DNA of 64,000 bases from positions 98,979 through 162,978 of the forward strand of contig CAWIDL010000032.1 in the NCBI GenBank assembly GCA_963834795.1, written 5' to 3'. Below, piece after piece: positions 45,728-55,494 of this stretch. The first letter of the stretch is position 1, and every line of letters begins with the position of its first letter. The notes under the pieces are model-generated. The model saw nothing but the letters and a program-made list of their open reading frames with translations, ran no database searches and was not told the DNA's origin. The stretch is from an uncultured delta proteobacterium (GTDB lineage Bacteria > Desulfobacterota > Desulfobaccia > Desulfobaccales > 0-14-0-80-60-11). The translations under genes and the position numbers were made by a program.

Positions 45728-46642
45728 GAGCTCCTGATCCTTTTCCTGGCCCTGGCGCTGGCCACCTGGGGCTGCCGCCCTTCCCGGCAGAATCCCATCG
45801 TCATCTTTTGCTCCCCGGATTCGCCTCGGATGCGCCAGGCCATCGCCGGCCTGCAAGAAAACCTGAAGGACCTTCCTCTGAAAGTGGTGTGCGCCCCGGC
45901 CTCCGACCGGGGAATCCGGGAGCAACTGCGGCGGGCGCGGCAGCTCCAGCCCCGGCTGCTGGTGGTCCTGGGCACTCCGGCCTTGGTGCAGGTGGCGCCG
46001 GTGGAGAAGAGCACCCCGGTGGTCTTCGCCCTGGTGGCCAATCCCTATTTCACCAAAGCCGCCTATGCGGCGGAACATCCCGAGGATCATCAGGGGAACG
46101 TTACCGGCATCGCCTCGCCGCCCCCCCTGGAAGCAGCCTTGAAAGAGGGCTCCGGCCTCCTGGGGAGCGCCCCCTGGGGTCTATTGTACGATCCCACCGA
46201 CGGGGTGGCGGCGGACCTGGCCCAGGAATTTGGCCAATTAGCTCCCAGGTTGGGGATCAAACCCTTGATCGAGGAAAGCCGCGAAGCGGCCACGGATCGC
46301 CCCCAACTGGAACGCCTCCTGGCCCGCGGCGCCCGGGTGATCTATCTCCCCCCCGCGGCCAGCGCCATCCGCTACGCCCCCTTGCTGCTGGACTGGGGCC
46401 GGCGCCTCAAGGTCAAGGTGGTGAGCGGCTATCCCGAAGGACCGCACCGGGGGGCATTATTGTGGCTGGCCCTGGACTACCGCCGCCTGGGGGTGGAGAC
46501 CGCCGCCCTGGCCCGCCGGGTCCTCCAAGGCGAGTCCCCACAGACCATTCCCATTGCCCAAATGACGCCCATAATCATGGAAGTGGATGAGAAGCTGCTG
46601 CGCCACTGGAGCGGCTATCCACCCCCTCGCCCTGTTCCATAA
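45671..46642 (+). CDS. ABC transporter substrate-binding lipoprotein (ABC_sub_bind type)
   Basis: Lipobox LALATWGC, plus LLVVLGTPALVQV, PVVFALVANP and NVTGIASPPP, typical of this family. The start is uncertain because it lies in a MITE. Confidence 0.75.
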   Translation: MFAITTQRCKYRKPKTQNRELLILFLALALATWGCRPSRQNPIVIFCSPDSPRMRQAIAGLQENLKDLPLKVVCAPASDRGIREQLRRARQLQPRLLVVLGTPALVQVAPVEKSTPVVFALVANPYFTKAAYAAEHPEDHQGNVTGIASPPPLEAALKEGSGLLGSAPWGLLYDPTDGVAADLAQEFGQLAPRLGIKPLIEESREAATDRPQLERLLARGARVIYLPPAASAIRYAPLLLDWGRRLKVKVVSGYPEGPHRGALLWLALDYRRLGVETAALARRVLQGESPQTIPIAQMTPIIMEVDEKLLRHWSGYPPPRPVP

Positions 46643-46663
46643 GAGGGATCTTTCGGATCTCTC

Positions 46664-46700
46664 CGATCTGGTTCCCAAGTTTAATTTGGGAATGAGATCG
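46664..46700. repeat. palindromic repeat, family 5 (imperfect)
   Basis: cgatctggttcccaagtttaatttgggaatgagatcg. Confidence 0.7.
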
Positions 46701-46780
46701 CAAACGAGATCGCAACACGTTATCAATCCAAGCGCATCCCACGCGGTGCGAGGGAAGCGAAAAATCGGCAGGAGGAACCC

Positions 46781-48109
46781 GTGACCCCATCCCCCAAGTT
46801 CGCGCCGGCGGCCTGGCAGCCGGGAATCGACATGGTGCAAGACACCCTGGATAATGACCTCACCCTCCTGGTCTTGCCCGACACGAGTCTCCCCATCGTC
46901 TCCCTGCAGCTCCATTATCAAGTGGGCTCCCGGAACGAATTGCCGGGGATCACCGGCATCTCCCACCTCTTCGAGCACCTGATGTTCCGGGGCACCGAGA
47001 CCCGGGGGCCCGAAGAGTTCTCCCGCATCCTCCAGTCCAGGGGCGGCGAGATCAACGCCTTCACCACCCGGGATCACACCTCATACTTCGAAAACCTGCC
47101 CTCCGAGCACCTGGAGCTGGGGCTCAAGCTGGAGGCGGATCGCCTGTTGCACTTGAAGCTGGATAACGACACCTTCGCCCCGGAGTTGCAGGTAGTGATC
47201 AGCGAGCGCAAACTGCGGAGCGTGGACAGTCCCCTGGGTCTGGTGGAGGAGGAGCTGTTCGCCACCGCCTACACCCAGCACCCCTACCAGTGGCCGGTGA
47301 TCGGCTGGGACCAGGATTTGCGCCACCTGAGCCTTAAGGATTGCCTGGCCTACTACCGCAGCCATTACCACCCGGGCAAGCTGACGGTGGTCATCGCCGG
47401 GGACGCCGACCCCGGGCAGGCCCGGGACCTGGTGGCCCGCTACTTCGGGGCTATCCCCAACCCCGGGGCGCCGCCGCCGCGACTCTTCACCGAGCCGCCC
47501 CAGCGGGGCGAACGCCGCGCCGTGGTCAAGAAGGTCTCCCAGGTGGAGGCCCTGCTGGCGGGCTACCATGTGGTGGACATGGGGCATCCGGACCATTATC
47601 CCTTGCAGCTCTTGTCCATCATCCTCACCGGCGGCAAGGCCTCCCGCTTTCACCAGGAGTTTGTCCGCCCCGGCAAGGCCGCCTCCCTGGAAGTGGAGCT
47701 GGCCCCCCTGCCCTTTTCGGCCCAGGATCCCGACCTCATGGTGGTGGTGGCGGTGGCCGCCCCAGGCGCCCCCCTGACGGCTCTGGAAGAGGAGGTGTGG
47801 CAGTCCCTGGAGCGTCTGCGCCGAGACGGAGTGGAATCCCTGGAGTTGGCCCGGGCCAAGAAATTGCTGCGGGCCCAAATGGTTAAAAGCCTTTCTCACA
47901 ACTTCTTCCGGGGCCTGCTGGCGGGGCTCTTTCACCTGAAGACCGGCGACGCCTCCCGAGCTAACCGCATCCTGGCCTCCTACGAGGCGGTCAGCGAGGC
48001 GGACATCCTGCGCGTGGCCCAGACCTACCTGCGCTCCGATAACCGCACCGTGGTCACCCTGCAGCCGGTATCGCCGGAGGAGAGTGCGGGGCTGGGACCA
48101 TTGGCCTAA
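46781..48109 (+). CDS. M16-family zinc peptidase (catalytic-type subunit)
   Basis: AGGAGG RBS and a GTG start. HxxEH motif GISHLFEHLMFRGT. Confidence 0.88.
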   Translation: MTPSPKFAPAAWQPGIDMVQDTLDNDLTLLVLPDTSLPIVSLQLHYQVGSRNELPGITGISHLFEHLMFRGTETRGPEEFSRILQSRGGEINAFTTRDHTSYFENLPSEHLELGLKLEADRLLHLKLDNDTFAPELQVVISERKLRSVDSPLGLVEEELFATAYTQHPYQWPVIGWDQDLRHLSLKDCLAYYRSHYHPGKLTVVIAGDADPGQARDLVARYFGAIPNPGAPPPRLFTEPPQRGERRAVVKKVSQVEALLAGYHVVDMGHPDHYPLQLLSIILTGGKASRFHQEFVRPGKAASLEVELAPLPFSAQDPDLMVVVAVAAPGAPLTALEEEVWQSLERLRRDGVESLELARAKKLLRAQMVKSLSHNFFRGLLAGLFHLKTGDASRANRILASYEAVSEADILRVAQTYLRSDNRTVVTLQPVSPEESAGLGPLA

Positions 48110-48272
48110 GGTTTTCGGTTTTCGGTTTTCGGTAAGTGCTTGTTTAAACTGTAATAACTCTAATGCCCAAAGTCGGCTTTTTGATAACTGGTATAGACTT
48201 TCAATTTTAAAACTTGAAAAAAGTCCTTTGATCTTGATTTTGACTTTGACTTTCACCGAAAACCGAAAACAG
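48110..48272. repeat. MITE-like element, family 4
   Basis: ggttttcggttttcggttttcgg ... tttgatcttgattttgactttgactttcaccgaaaaccgaaaacagg. It begins right after the stop codon. Confidence 0.7.
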
Positions 48273-48283
48273 GAATTAAGATT

Positions 48284-48468
48284 AATGCTGTTCACTTAAG
48301 CACCAAGTTGATACGAGGTCATTTCTTATCATTCTGAGGGAGCCGGAGGCGACCGAAGAATCTCTAAATGCGAGATGCTTCGCTTCGCTCAACATGACAA
48401 GAAGACGAGAAAATGTAGGGTGGGCACTGCCCACCGATTCCTTAGAACCTCTTTAAATGAACCGTATT
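48284..48468. repeat. MITE family 1 variant, second copy of 18047-18217
   Basis: aatgctgttcacttaagcacc...tcattctgagggagccggaggcgaccgaagaatctc...gggtgggcactgcccacc...taaatgaaccgtatt. Confidence 0.8.
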
Positions 48469-48582
48469 GAGTCTAAATCGATGTGATTGTTGAGGTTGCT
48501 AAGGCGCCTCTGAAGGATTCTGCTGCCATCATTAATTTTTTTGCCGAAAACCGAAAACCGAAAACTGAAAACAGGAGTTAAG

Positions 48583-49896
48583 ATGGCAAACTATATCCCC
48601 GAAATCCACCAGGCTACCCTGCCTAACGGCATGAACCTCCTGGGGGTAGAGTACGCCCGGGCGCCCTGGCTGAATCTCACCTTCATGGCCAAGCGGGGCT
48701 CCGAGACCGACCCGCCGGGCAAGGCCGGGGTGGCCGACTGGGCCGCGGAGCTCCTCACCCTGGGCTCTTCCGGCCGCAGCCAGTTGCAACTGGCCCAGGA
48801 TATTGAAGCCCGGGGAGCGACCCTCTCGGGCCATTCCGGCTTTGACGCCACCCTGATCTCTCTTGGGGGCCTGGCCGAGGATTTTGAGGAACATCTGGCT
48901 ACCCTGGCGGAGATCGTCCAGACCCCGGCCTTTCCGGAGGATGAGTTCCTGCTGATCCGGGAGCGCCGCCGGGCGGAGCTGGTGCAACAGTTGCAGGACC
49001 CCCGGGAGATGGCCAGTCTGCGTTACCTGCGCCTGTTCTTCGGGGATTCGCCTTACGGCCACCCGGCGCCGGGCGACCTGAGGACCCTGGAGGCCCTCTC
49101 GCTCGCTGATCTGCAAGGCTTTTATCATCGGGAGTTCACTCCCGGGACCGCCACCCTGGTGGCGGTGGGCATGGTGGATTTCGCCACCATGGTTAGGGAA
49201 GCCGGGCGCCTCTGGGGCTCCTGGAGCGGCGGCGGCCCTGCCAGCCAGGCCTTCACTGCGCCGCCTGCTAAGCTCTGCTCCCCCGGTATCTATCTCCTGG
49301 ACCGCCCCGATTTGACCCAAAGTGAGATTCGGGTTGGGCACCTGGGCCTGCCCCGCTCCCACCCGGATTACTTCCCCCTGAAGCTGGTGAACTACATCCT
49401 GGGGGAGGGCGGCTTCTCCTCCCGCCTCATGACCCGCATCCGCTCGGATCTGGGCTTCACTTACGGCATCCGCAGCAGCTTCTCCTTTCGCCGGGCCCCG
49501 GGCCCCTTTATCATCTCCACCTTCACCCCGGCGGCCAACACCGCCGCGGTGGTGAAGGAAATCGACCAGGTGGTCCGGGACTTAAGGCAACAGGGGCTCA
49601 CTTCCCAGGAACTGGAGGAGGCCCAGAGTTATTACGTGGGTCATTTCCCCCTGGGCCTGGAGAACCCCGGGGGCATCAGCCGCCAGCTGCTGTCCATCGA
49701 TCTCTTCGACCTGGGCCGGGATTATCTGCAGGGTTATTGTGACCAAATTCGCGGCGTTTCCCTGAAGACCGCGGCCCAGGCGGCGCACGAGCATCTGCAC
49801 CCCGAGTCCCTGGTCATCCTGGTGATGGGGCCGGTGGCCCGGTGCGCCGAGGCCTTGCAGGAACTGGGACCGCTGCAATTCCTGGAGGCATCTTAG
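48583..49896 (+). CDS. M16-family peptidase (non-catalytic partner type, no HxxEH)
   Basis: AGGAG RBS at 48573-77. M16 fold motifs are present, but GVADWAAELLTLGS replaces the zinc motif. Upstream track codons are heptamer repeat sequence. Confidence 0.82.
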   Translation: MANYIPEIHQATLPNGMNLLGVEYARAPWLNLTFMAKRGSETDPPGKAGVADWAAELLTLGSSGRSQLQLAQDIEARGATLSGHSGFDATLISLGGLAEDFEEHLATLAEIVQTPAFPEDEFLLIRERRRAELVQQLQDPREMASLRYLRLFFGDSPYGHPAPGDLRTLEALSLADLQGFYHREFTPGTATLVAVGMVDFATMVREAGRLWGSWSGGGPASQAFTAPPAKLCSPGIYLLDRPDLTQSEIRVGHLGLPRSHPDYFPLKLVNYILGEGGFSSRLMTRIRSDLGFTYGIRSSFSFRRAPGPFIISTFTPAANTAAVVKEIDQVVRDLRQQGLTSQELEEAQSYYVGHFPLGLENPGGISRQLLSIDLFDLGRDYLQGYCDQIRGVSLKTAAQAAHEHLHPESLVILVMGPVARCAEALQELGPLQFLEAS

Positions 49897-49911
49897 GCTC
49901 CAATTTTTTAG

Positions 49912-49940
49912 TTGACAAATGTCTTGCGATGTTATGAAAT
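49912..49940 (+). promoter_or_regulatory. candidate sigma70-type promoter of dsrA
   Basis: TTGACA (49912-17), a 17-nt spacer, then TGAAAT (49935-40). About 75 nt upstream of the dsrA ATG, with a strong GGAGGAG RBS. Confidence 0.4.
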
Positions 49941-50014
49941 AATTAGGATAGTAATGATTTTGTGAAAAAAAGAATAAGCCCTATGGGGACCATTACGAGA
50001 GGGAGGAGAGTTAC

Positions 50015-51256
50015 ATGTCCGATACCCCGTTGTTGGATCAACTCGAAACCGGACCTTGGCCCAGCTTCGTCAAGGACCTGAAGCGGGTGGCCGCCAAAAA
50101 GCCGGCAACCCGGGATTTACTACGGCAGTTGGAGCGCTCCTATAAAGACAAGATCACCCATTGGAAGCACGGCGGCATCGTGGGCGTCCTGGGTTATGGC
50201 TCCGGCATCATCGGCCGTTACTCCGACCTGCCGGACGAATTCCCCGGCGTTGCGCACTTCCATACCGTTCGGATCAACCAGCCCTCAGGCTGGTTCTACA
50301 CCACCCAGGCCCTGCGGGAGCTCTGCGCCATCTGGGACGAGCACGGCTCCGGCGTCCTGAACGTGCACGGCTCCACCGGCGACCTGATCTTCCTGGGCAC
50401 CACCACCGATGAGCTGGAGCCCACTTTTGCGGCACTGACCGCCAAGGGCTGGGACCTGGGGGGCTCCGGTTCCGCCATGCGCACCCCCAGTTGCTGCGTG
50501 GGCAAGGCCCGGTGCGAATACTCCTGCTATGACACCATGGACCTGTGCTACCAGGTCACCCAGAACTTCCAGTTCGATATGCACCGCCCCTCCTTCCCCT
50601 ATAAGTTCAAGGTCAAATGCTCCGGCTGCCCCAACGACTGCGTGGCCGCGGTGGCCCGGGCCGATATGAGCGTCATCGGCGTCTGGAAGGACGACATCCG
50701 CATCGACCAGGCTGCGGTGGCAGCTTATGCGGCCGGCGAACTGAAACCCCGGGCCGGCGGCACCCCTTATGCCAGGCTGGATATCAAGGCCGACGTCACC
50801 GACCTCTGCCCTACTATCTGCATGAGCTATGACGGCAAGAAGCTGGCCATCGACAACAAGAACTGCAACCATTGCATGCACTGCATCAGCCTGATGCCCC
50901 AGGCCCTGCGGCCCGGCACCGAAACCGGCGCCACCCTGCTCCTGGGCTCCCACGCCCCCATCCTGGAAGGCGCCCAGATGAGCTGGGTTATCGTGCCCTT
51001 CATGCCCATGGAAGCGCCCTATGACGAATTCATGGAGCTGGTGGGCAAGATCCATGAATGGTGGGCGGAACATGGCAAGAACCGGGAGCGCACCGGTGAG
51101 TTGATGCTGCGCCTGGGCATGCGGAATTTCTTCCAGTCTGTGGGCCTGGAACCGCCCCGGCAGACCATCCGGGCCCCCCGGGCCAACCCCTTCTTCTTCT
51201 GGCATGCGGAAGATTTCGAGGCCGAGGCCGCGGGCCGCAAATACATCAAGCTGTAA
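50015..51256 (+). CDS. dsrA: dissimilatory sulfite reductase alpha subunit
   Basis: MSDTPLLDQLETGPWPSFVKDLK...HWKHGGIVGV...TPSCCVG and the ferredoxin-like insert CSGCPNDC...CNHCMHC. Confidence 0.93.
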   Translation: MSDTPLLDQLETGPWPSFVKDLKRVAAKKPATRDLLRQLERSYKDKITHWKHGGIVGVLGYGSGIIGRYSDLPDEFPGVAHFHTVRINQPSGWFYTTQALRELCAIWDEHGSGVLNVHGSTGDLIFLGTTTDELEPTFAALTAKGWDLGGSGSAMRTPSCCVGKARCEYSCYDTMDLCYQVTQNFQFDMHRPSFPYKFKVKCSGCPNDCVAAVARADMSVIGVWKDDIRIDQAAVAAYAAGELKPRAGGTPYARLDIKADVTDLCPTICMSYDGKKLAIDNKNCNHCMHCISLMPQALRPGTETGATLLLGSHAPILEGAQMSWVIVPFMPMEAPYDEFMELVGKIHEWWAEHGKNRERTGELMLRLGMRNFFQSVGLEPPRQTIRAPRANPFFFWHAEDFEAEAAGRKYIKL

Positions 51257-51320
51257 GGTCATCGCCCATTCAAGTCCCTTAGCTGACTTAGGGGCGATTA
51301 GATAAGGAGGAATTAAGACA

Positions 51321-52391
51321 ATGGCTGAGCGTATTACTGATATTGGACCGCCGAAATTTGACAAATTCTTGCCTCCCATTATCAAAGAGAACTACGGCAA
51401 GTGGAAATATCACGAGATCCTGGAGCCGGGGGTGCTGGTGCACGTATCCGAGTCCGGGGCCAAGGTCTATTCCGTCCGGGGTGGGTCTCCCCGGCTCGTA
51501 ACCACCGACTTCGTCAAAGAACTGTGCGACGTTGCCGACAAATTCTGCGACGGCTATCTGCGCTTCACCAGCCGGAACAACGTCGAGTTTCTGCTCACCG
51601 ATCAGAGCAAGATCGCCGGCGTCAAGGACGCTTGCAAAAAGCTCGGCGTGCCCATCGGCGCCACCGGCCACTCGGTGAGCAACATCGTCCATACCCAGGG
51701 CTGGGTCCATTGCCATACCCCGGCCATCGACGCCTCGGGTATCGTCAAGTCAGTAATGGATGATCTGTTCGATTATTTCGGGAGCCACAAGCTGCCGGCG
51801 CAGGTGCGCATCGCCCTGGCCTGCTGCCTTAACATGTGCGGCGCGGTGCACTGCTCCGACATCGCCATCCTGGGCATCCACCGCACCCCGCCCAAGGTGA
51901 ATCACGAGAGGCTGCGCCATCTCTGCGAAATTCCCACCACCATCGCCTCCTGTCCCACCGGCGCCATCCGGCCTCATCCGGACAAGACCTTGAAGAGCGT
52001 AGTCATCAACGAAGAGCGCTGCATGTACTGCGGCAACTGCTACACCATGTGCCCGGCCTTGCCGGTGTTCGACGCCCAGAAAGGCGGCGTCGCCCTGCTG
52101 GTGGGCGGCAAGGTCTCCAACTCCAAGACCCCGCCCATGTTCTCCAAACTGGCGGTGCCCTATCTGCCCAACAACCCGCCCCGCTGGCCGGAAGTGGTGC
52201 AGTCCATCCGCAAGATCCTCACCAAGTACGCCGAAGGCGCCAATAAGTGGGAACGCGTCGGCGAATGGGTGGAGCGTATCGGTTGGGAGAAATTCTTCGA
52301 GGTATGCGACATTCCCTTCACCTTCCAGCACATCGACGACTACCGCTGGGCTTATGATACCTATCGGACGTCGATGCATTTTAAATTCTAA
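51321..52391 (+). CDS. dsrB: dissimilatory sulfite reductase beta subunit
   Basis: [20 protein letters not shown]..., [23 protein letters not shown] and [12 protein letters not shown]. Confidence 0.93.
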   Translation: MAERITDIGPPKFDKFLPPIIKENYGKWKYHEILEPGVLVHVSESGAKVYSVRGGSPRLVTTDFVKELCDVADKFCDGYLRFTSRNNVEFLLTDQSKIAGVKDACKKLGVPIGATGHSVSNIVHTQGWVHCHTPAIDASGIVKSVMDDLFDYFGSHKLPAQVRIALACCLNMCGAVHCSDIAILGIHRTPPKVNHERLRHLCEIPTTIASCPTGAIRPHPDKTLKSVVINEERCMYCGNCYTMCPALPVFDAQKGGVALLVGGKVSNSKTPPMFSKLAVPYLPNNPPRWPEVVQSIRKILTKYAEGANKWERVGEWVERIGWEKFFEVCDIPFTFQHIDDYRWAYDTYRTSMHFKF

Positions 52392-52404
52392 GCAGGTGGG
52401 ATAA

Positions 52405-52650
52405 ATGGCACTATCCAAAGAAGCGTTGGTGGAATTCATCTACGACCTGGTCAAAGGGGCCCAGGGCAAGAAACAGCTCAAGGCCATGGACCTGCAGAAG
52501 GCCGTTCTCAAAGCGCATCCTGACCAGGACAAGACCATGGTGAAGTTCGCCATCAAGGAACTGATCGACGGCAGTCGCTGCGTTTACACTTACTTCGGTG
52601 GGAGCTTCATCGAGATCCCCCACGAAGAAGGCGCGGCAAAGAGAGATTGA
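52405..52650 (+). CDS. dsrD: DsrD
   Basis: 81 aa, located immediately after dsrB. Winged-helix-like KKQLKAMDLQKAV...KFAIKELIDGSRCVYTYFGG. Confidence 0.85.
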   Translation: MALSKEALVEFIYDLVKGAQGKKQLKAMDLQKAVLKAHPDQDKTMVKFAIKELIDGSRCVYTYFGGSFIEIPHEEGAAKRD

Positions 52651-54107
52651 TGAACTGCCCCCGCCTGCTGCTGGCCGCCCTTCGGGGTGGGGCGGGCAAA
52701 ACCACCTTGACCTTGGGGCTGCTGGCCGCCTGGCGCGACCAGGGACGGCGCCTGGTGCCCTTCAAGAAGGGTCCCGACTACATCGACCCGGCCTGGCACG
52801 CCCTGGCCGCCGCCTGCCCCAGCCACAATCTGGACCCCTTCCTCATGGAAGGGGACCAGATTATGGCCATGGTGGTCCGCCATGCCGACCAGGCAGACGC
52901 CCTCCTCATCGAAGGCAACCGCGGTCTTTACGACGGCCTGGATGCCCAGGGAACTTATAGCACTGCCGAGCTGGCCAAATTTCTGGCCACTCCGGTGGTG
53001 CTGGTGGTGGACTGCACCATGACCACCCGCACCGCCGCCGCCCTGGTGCTGGGTTGCCAGCACTTCGACCCCCAGGTGCCCCTCCGGGGGGTGATTCTCA
53101 ACCAGGTGGCCCGACCGCGCCATGAAGAGATGCTGCGGAGCACCATCCAACGCTACTGCGGCATTCCGGTGCTGGGGGCCATTCCCCGTCTCAAGTGTGC
53201 AGTCTTTCCGGAACGGCACATGGGCCTGGTGCCCCCGCAGGAGCACGCCGCTGCCCTCAAGGCCATCTGCACCGCCAAGGAGCTGGCCCAGCGTTACCTG
53301 GATCTGGAGGGCCTCTGGCGCTTGGCGACGCAGGCGCCGCCGCTGCCGCGGCGACCTGGCCTCTACCTCTCTCCTGGGGCCAGCCCGGGAACGCCGGTAA
53401 CCCTCGGGGTAATCCGGGACTCCGCCTTTCAATTTTACTATCCGGAAAACCTGGAGGCCCTGGAGCGTCAAGGCGCTAAACTGGTGGAGATCAGCGCCCT
53501 GGACGATCCCCTCCTGCCTCCCCAACTCGACGGCCTCTATATCGGCGGCGGCTTTCCCGAGACCCACGCCCAGAGTCTGGCCGATAACCTCAGTTTCCGC
53601 CATGCGGTCAAGGCCGCGGCCCTCGCCGGCCTCCCCATCTATGCCGAATGTGGCGGCCTCATGTACCTGGGGGAGAACATCCAGGTCCAGGGAGGAAGAT
53701 TCCCCATGGTGGGGCTTTTCCCCTACGACTTTGTCATGGGAAAAAGACCCCAGGGCCACGGCTACACCACCCTGGAAGTGGTCCGGGAAAACCCGTTCTT
53801 CCCCTTGGGGGCCCGGCTCCGGGGCCATGAGTTCCACTACTCCCAAATCTCCCCGGAACCGGCAGCCGAGGCCGCCATGGCCTTCCGGCTCACCCGGGGC
53901 ACCGGTATGGGGGGGCAGCGGGAAGGCCTCATCCTTCATAACGTCCTGGCCACTTACACCCACCTCCACGCCTTGGGATCGCCCCAATGGGCCCCGGCCC
54001 TGGTGCGTTGCGCCCGGGAGTACCAGCGGCAAGCCCTCGCCCTGGCAGGCGTTCCTGCCCGCCCGGCTTCTCTTGGGCTGGAGCGGCGCAGCTCCCAATC
54101 CCGCTAA
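52650..54107 (+). CDS. dsrN: DsrN (cobyrinic acid a,c-diamide synthase family; siroheme amidase type)
   Basis: GGAGKTTLTLGLLAA, KKGPDYIDP, and the C-terminal GATase part YAECGGLMYL...GHEFHYS. The ATG overlaps the dsrD stop (TGATG). Confidence 0.85.
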   Translation: MNCPRLLLAALRGGAGKTTLTLGLLAAWRDQGRRLVPFKKGPDYIDPAWHALAAACPSHNLDPFLMEGDQIMAMVVRHADQADALLIEGNRGLYDGLDAQGTYSTAELAKFLATPVVLVVDCTMTTRTAAALVLGCQHFDPQVPLRGVILNQVARPRHEEMLRSTIQRYCGIPVLGAIPRLKCAVFPERHMGLVPPQEHAAALKAICTAKELAQRYLDLEGLWRLATQAPPLPRRPGLYLSPGASPGTPVTLGVIRDSAFQFYYPENLEALERQGAKLVEISALDDPLLPPQLDGLYIGGGFPETHAQSLADNLSFRHAVKAAALAGLPIYAECGGLMYLGENIQVQGGRFPMVGLFPYDFVMGKRPQGHGYTTLEVVRENPFFPLGARLRGHEFHYSQISPEPAAEAAMAFRLTRGTGMGGQREGLILHNVLATYTHLHALGSPQWAPALVRCAREYQRQALALAGVPARPASLGLERRSSQSR

Positions 54108-54250
54108 CCCGCGGTAAGGACAGCCAGCCGCTCCCGGCCTTCGCGGCGCTACCCCCATTCTTGGAATTTTCGCCTTCGGAGTTACTTGACCCCGGCCGGT
54201 CGCCGACTTAAAATGGAGTGAACTGCCATGGGCCACCTCCATTGGGCCTA

Positions 54251-54515
54251 ATACCAAGTTGAGACCTCTGCGAAAAGCTACTTTGTCATCCTGAGCGAAG
54301 CGCAGGATCTCATATGTCCTCGTATTTATGAGATTCTTCGGTCACTTCGCTCCCTCAGAATGACAAAAGTGGGGACTTTCGCAGAGTTTCTCAAGTTGCC
54401 ATCAAAAGTAGAAGAATCTTTGGTAGGGGCGCACCCACCATGTGTGCGCCCACCATAGGGCGGACACGCGGGTCCGCCCCTACAGAAAAAGAACCGGTTG
54501 ACGGCAGCTTGGTAT
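54251..54515. repeat. MITE family 3 copy carrying a nested family 1-type MITE (54261-54393)
   Basis: The outer ends ataccaagtt / agcttggtat match the 9973 copy. The inner element gagacctctgcgaaaag...ctttcgcagagtttctc is flanked by a duplicated aagtt. Confidence 0.8.
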
Positions 54516-54569
54516 AACTCGGCCATCCGGAAGAGCGGCCCGTTACTAAAGGCAAGGAGGTGAGGTTTA

Positions 54570-54758
54570 ATGGCTTTTCGCGTGGAAGTCGATACGGATA
54601 AGTGCAGCGGTGACGAAGAGTGTGTCAACGTCTGCCCCGTCGGCGTCTTTGAGATGCTGCAAGACAAGGCGAACCCGGTGAACGAAGAGGAGTGCCTGGG
54701 CTGCGAGAGCTGCGTCGAAGTCTGCCCTTCGGCAGCCATTACGGTGGCCGAGTCCTGA
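54570..54758 (+). CDS. 2x[4Fe-4S] ferredoxin (62 aa)
   Basis: CSGDEECVNVCP and CLGCESCVEVCP cluster motifs, with an AGGAGG RBS. Confidence 0.85.
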   Translation: MAFRVEVDTDKCSGDEECVNVCPVGVFEMLQDKANPVNEEECLGCESCVEVCPSAAITVAES

Positions 54759-54773
54759 GAAGCGGCGAAACCT

Positions 54774-54813
54774 GGGGTGCGCACTAAAAAAAAGGCGCAC
54801 CCCTTATTTTTTT
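54774..54813 (+). terminator. rho-independent terminator (usable from both convergent genes)
   Basis: GGGGTGCGC-actaaaaaaaag-GCGCACCCC followed by ttattttttt. On the minus strand an alternative GGCGCA/TGCGCC hairpin plus T8 faces slyD. Confidence 0.75.
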
Positions 54814-54863
54814 ATGCGCCTTGCCGGCCTGGCGCGATTTATCCTCAAAACTGACCCTCCCCA

Positions 54864-55370
54864 TCAGGTCCCGCAACTCGTCTCTTCCCGGCAGGACTTG
54901 CACTGCTTCAGCGGCTCCAATTCCGCCGGGGTCGCCGGCCGCACCTCCAGCACCCGCACCTGGTAGTGCAGATCGTGGCCGGCCAGGGGGTGGTTCATAT
55001 CCAGGATGACGGCGTCCTCCCTTACTTCCTTGATGGTCAGGGGATATTCCGGCGGGAAGGGCAGATTGGCCGGAAGCACCTTCTGGTCCACCCGCAATTC
55101 CATCTCCGGCGGAAAGACCTTGGGACTCCAGACCTGGATGTTTTCCGGCTCATAAGTGCCGAAGGCCTCTGCCGCGGGCACTACGAACTCCACCGCCTCC
55201 TGCTCCCGCAGGCCCCAAAGACGGCGTTCCAGCCCGGGCAGAACCTCGCCGTAGCCGGCCACGAATTGCAGATAGACCGGCGCCTCGGCGCTGCCCCGAA
55301 TCAGTTCCCCGGAATCGAGGCGCATATGGTATTCCAGGACCACGTATCGGTCTTTGGCAATGACGGTCAT
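54864..55370 (-). CDS. slyD: FKBP-type peptidyl-prolyl isomerase (SlyD-like) with a Cys-rich tail
   Basis: VVLEYHMRLDSGELI...GYGEVLPGLERRL...AFG...HPLAGHDLHYQVRVLEV, with C-terminal CKSCREETSCGT. Confidence 0.8.
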   Translation of the reverse strand: MTVIAKDRYVVLEYHMRLDSGELIRGSAEAPVYLQFVAGYGEVLPGLERRLWGLREQEAVEFVVPAAEAFGTYEPENIQVWSPKVFPPEMELRVDQKVLPANLPFPPEYPLTIKEVREDAVILDMNHPLAGHDLHYQVRVLEVRPATPAELEPLKQCKSCREETSCGT

Positions 55371-55494
55371 GTGGTCCTACCCTTGAAATAATGATATAAT
55401 ATAAATTTGGATGCCAAGGCTGGCCTCCGGCCCCGCCATTAATTTTAAGGATTATATCTTAACCGACGGGTACCTGTAACCCTCTAAAAGGAAA

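Noticed and set aside
45592-48572. The heptamer tracts (ttttcgg / ccgaaaa) considered as a CRISPR array or simple microsatellites.
   Set aside because: The units are 7 nt without spacers, occur as inverted arms around about 100-bp cores, and are dispersed. This is MITE architecture, not CRISPR.
52590-54257. 555-aa minus-strand ORF antisense to dsrN. Similar long antisense ORFs occur at 47081-48295, 56028-57080, 57132-58502, 58740-60005, 50285-51385, 42680-43660, 23636-24970 and 9190-10050.
   Set aside because: All are G/A/R/P/H-rich shadow frames typical of high-GC coding DNA and carry no recognisable motif. The opposite strand in each case encodes a protein with clear family signatures.
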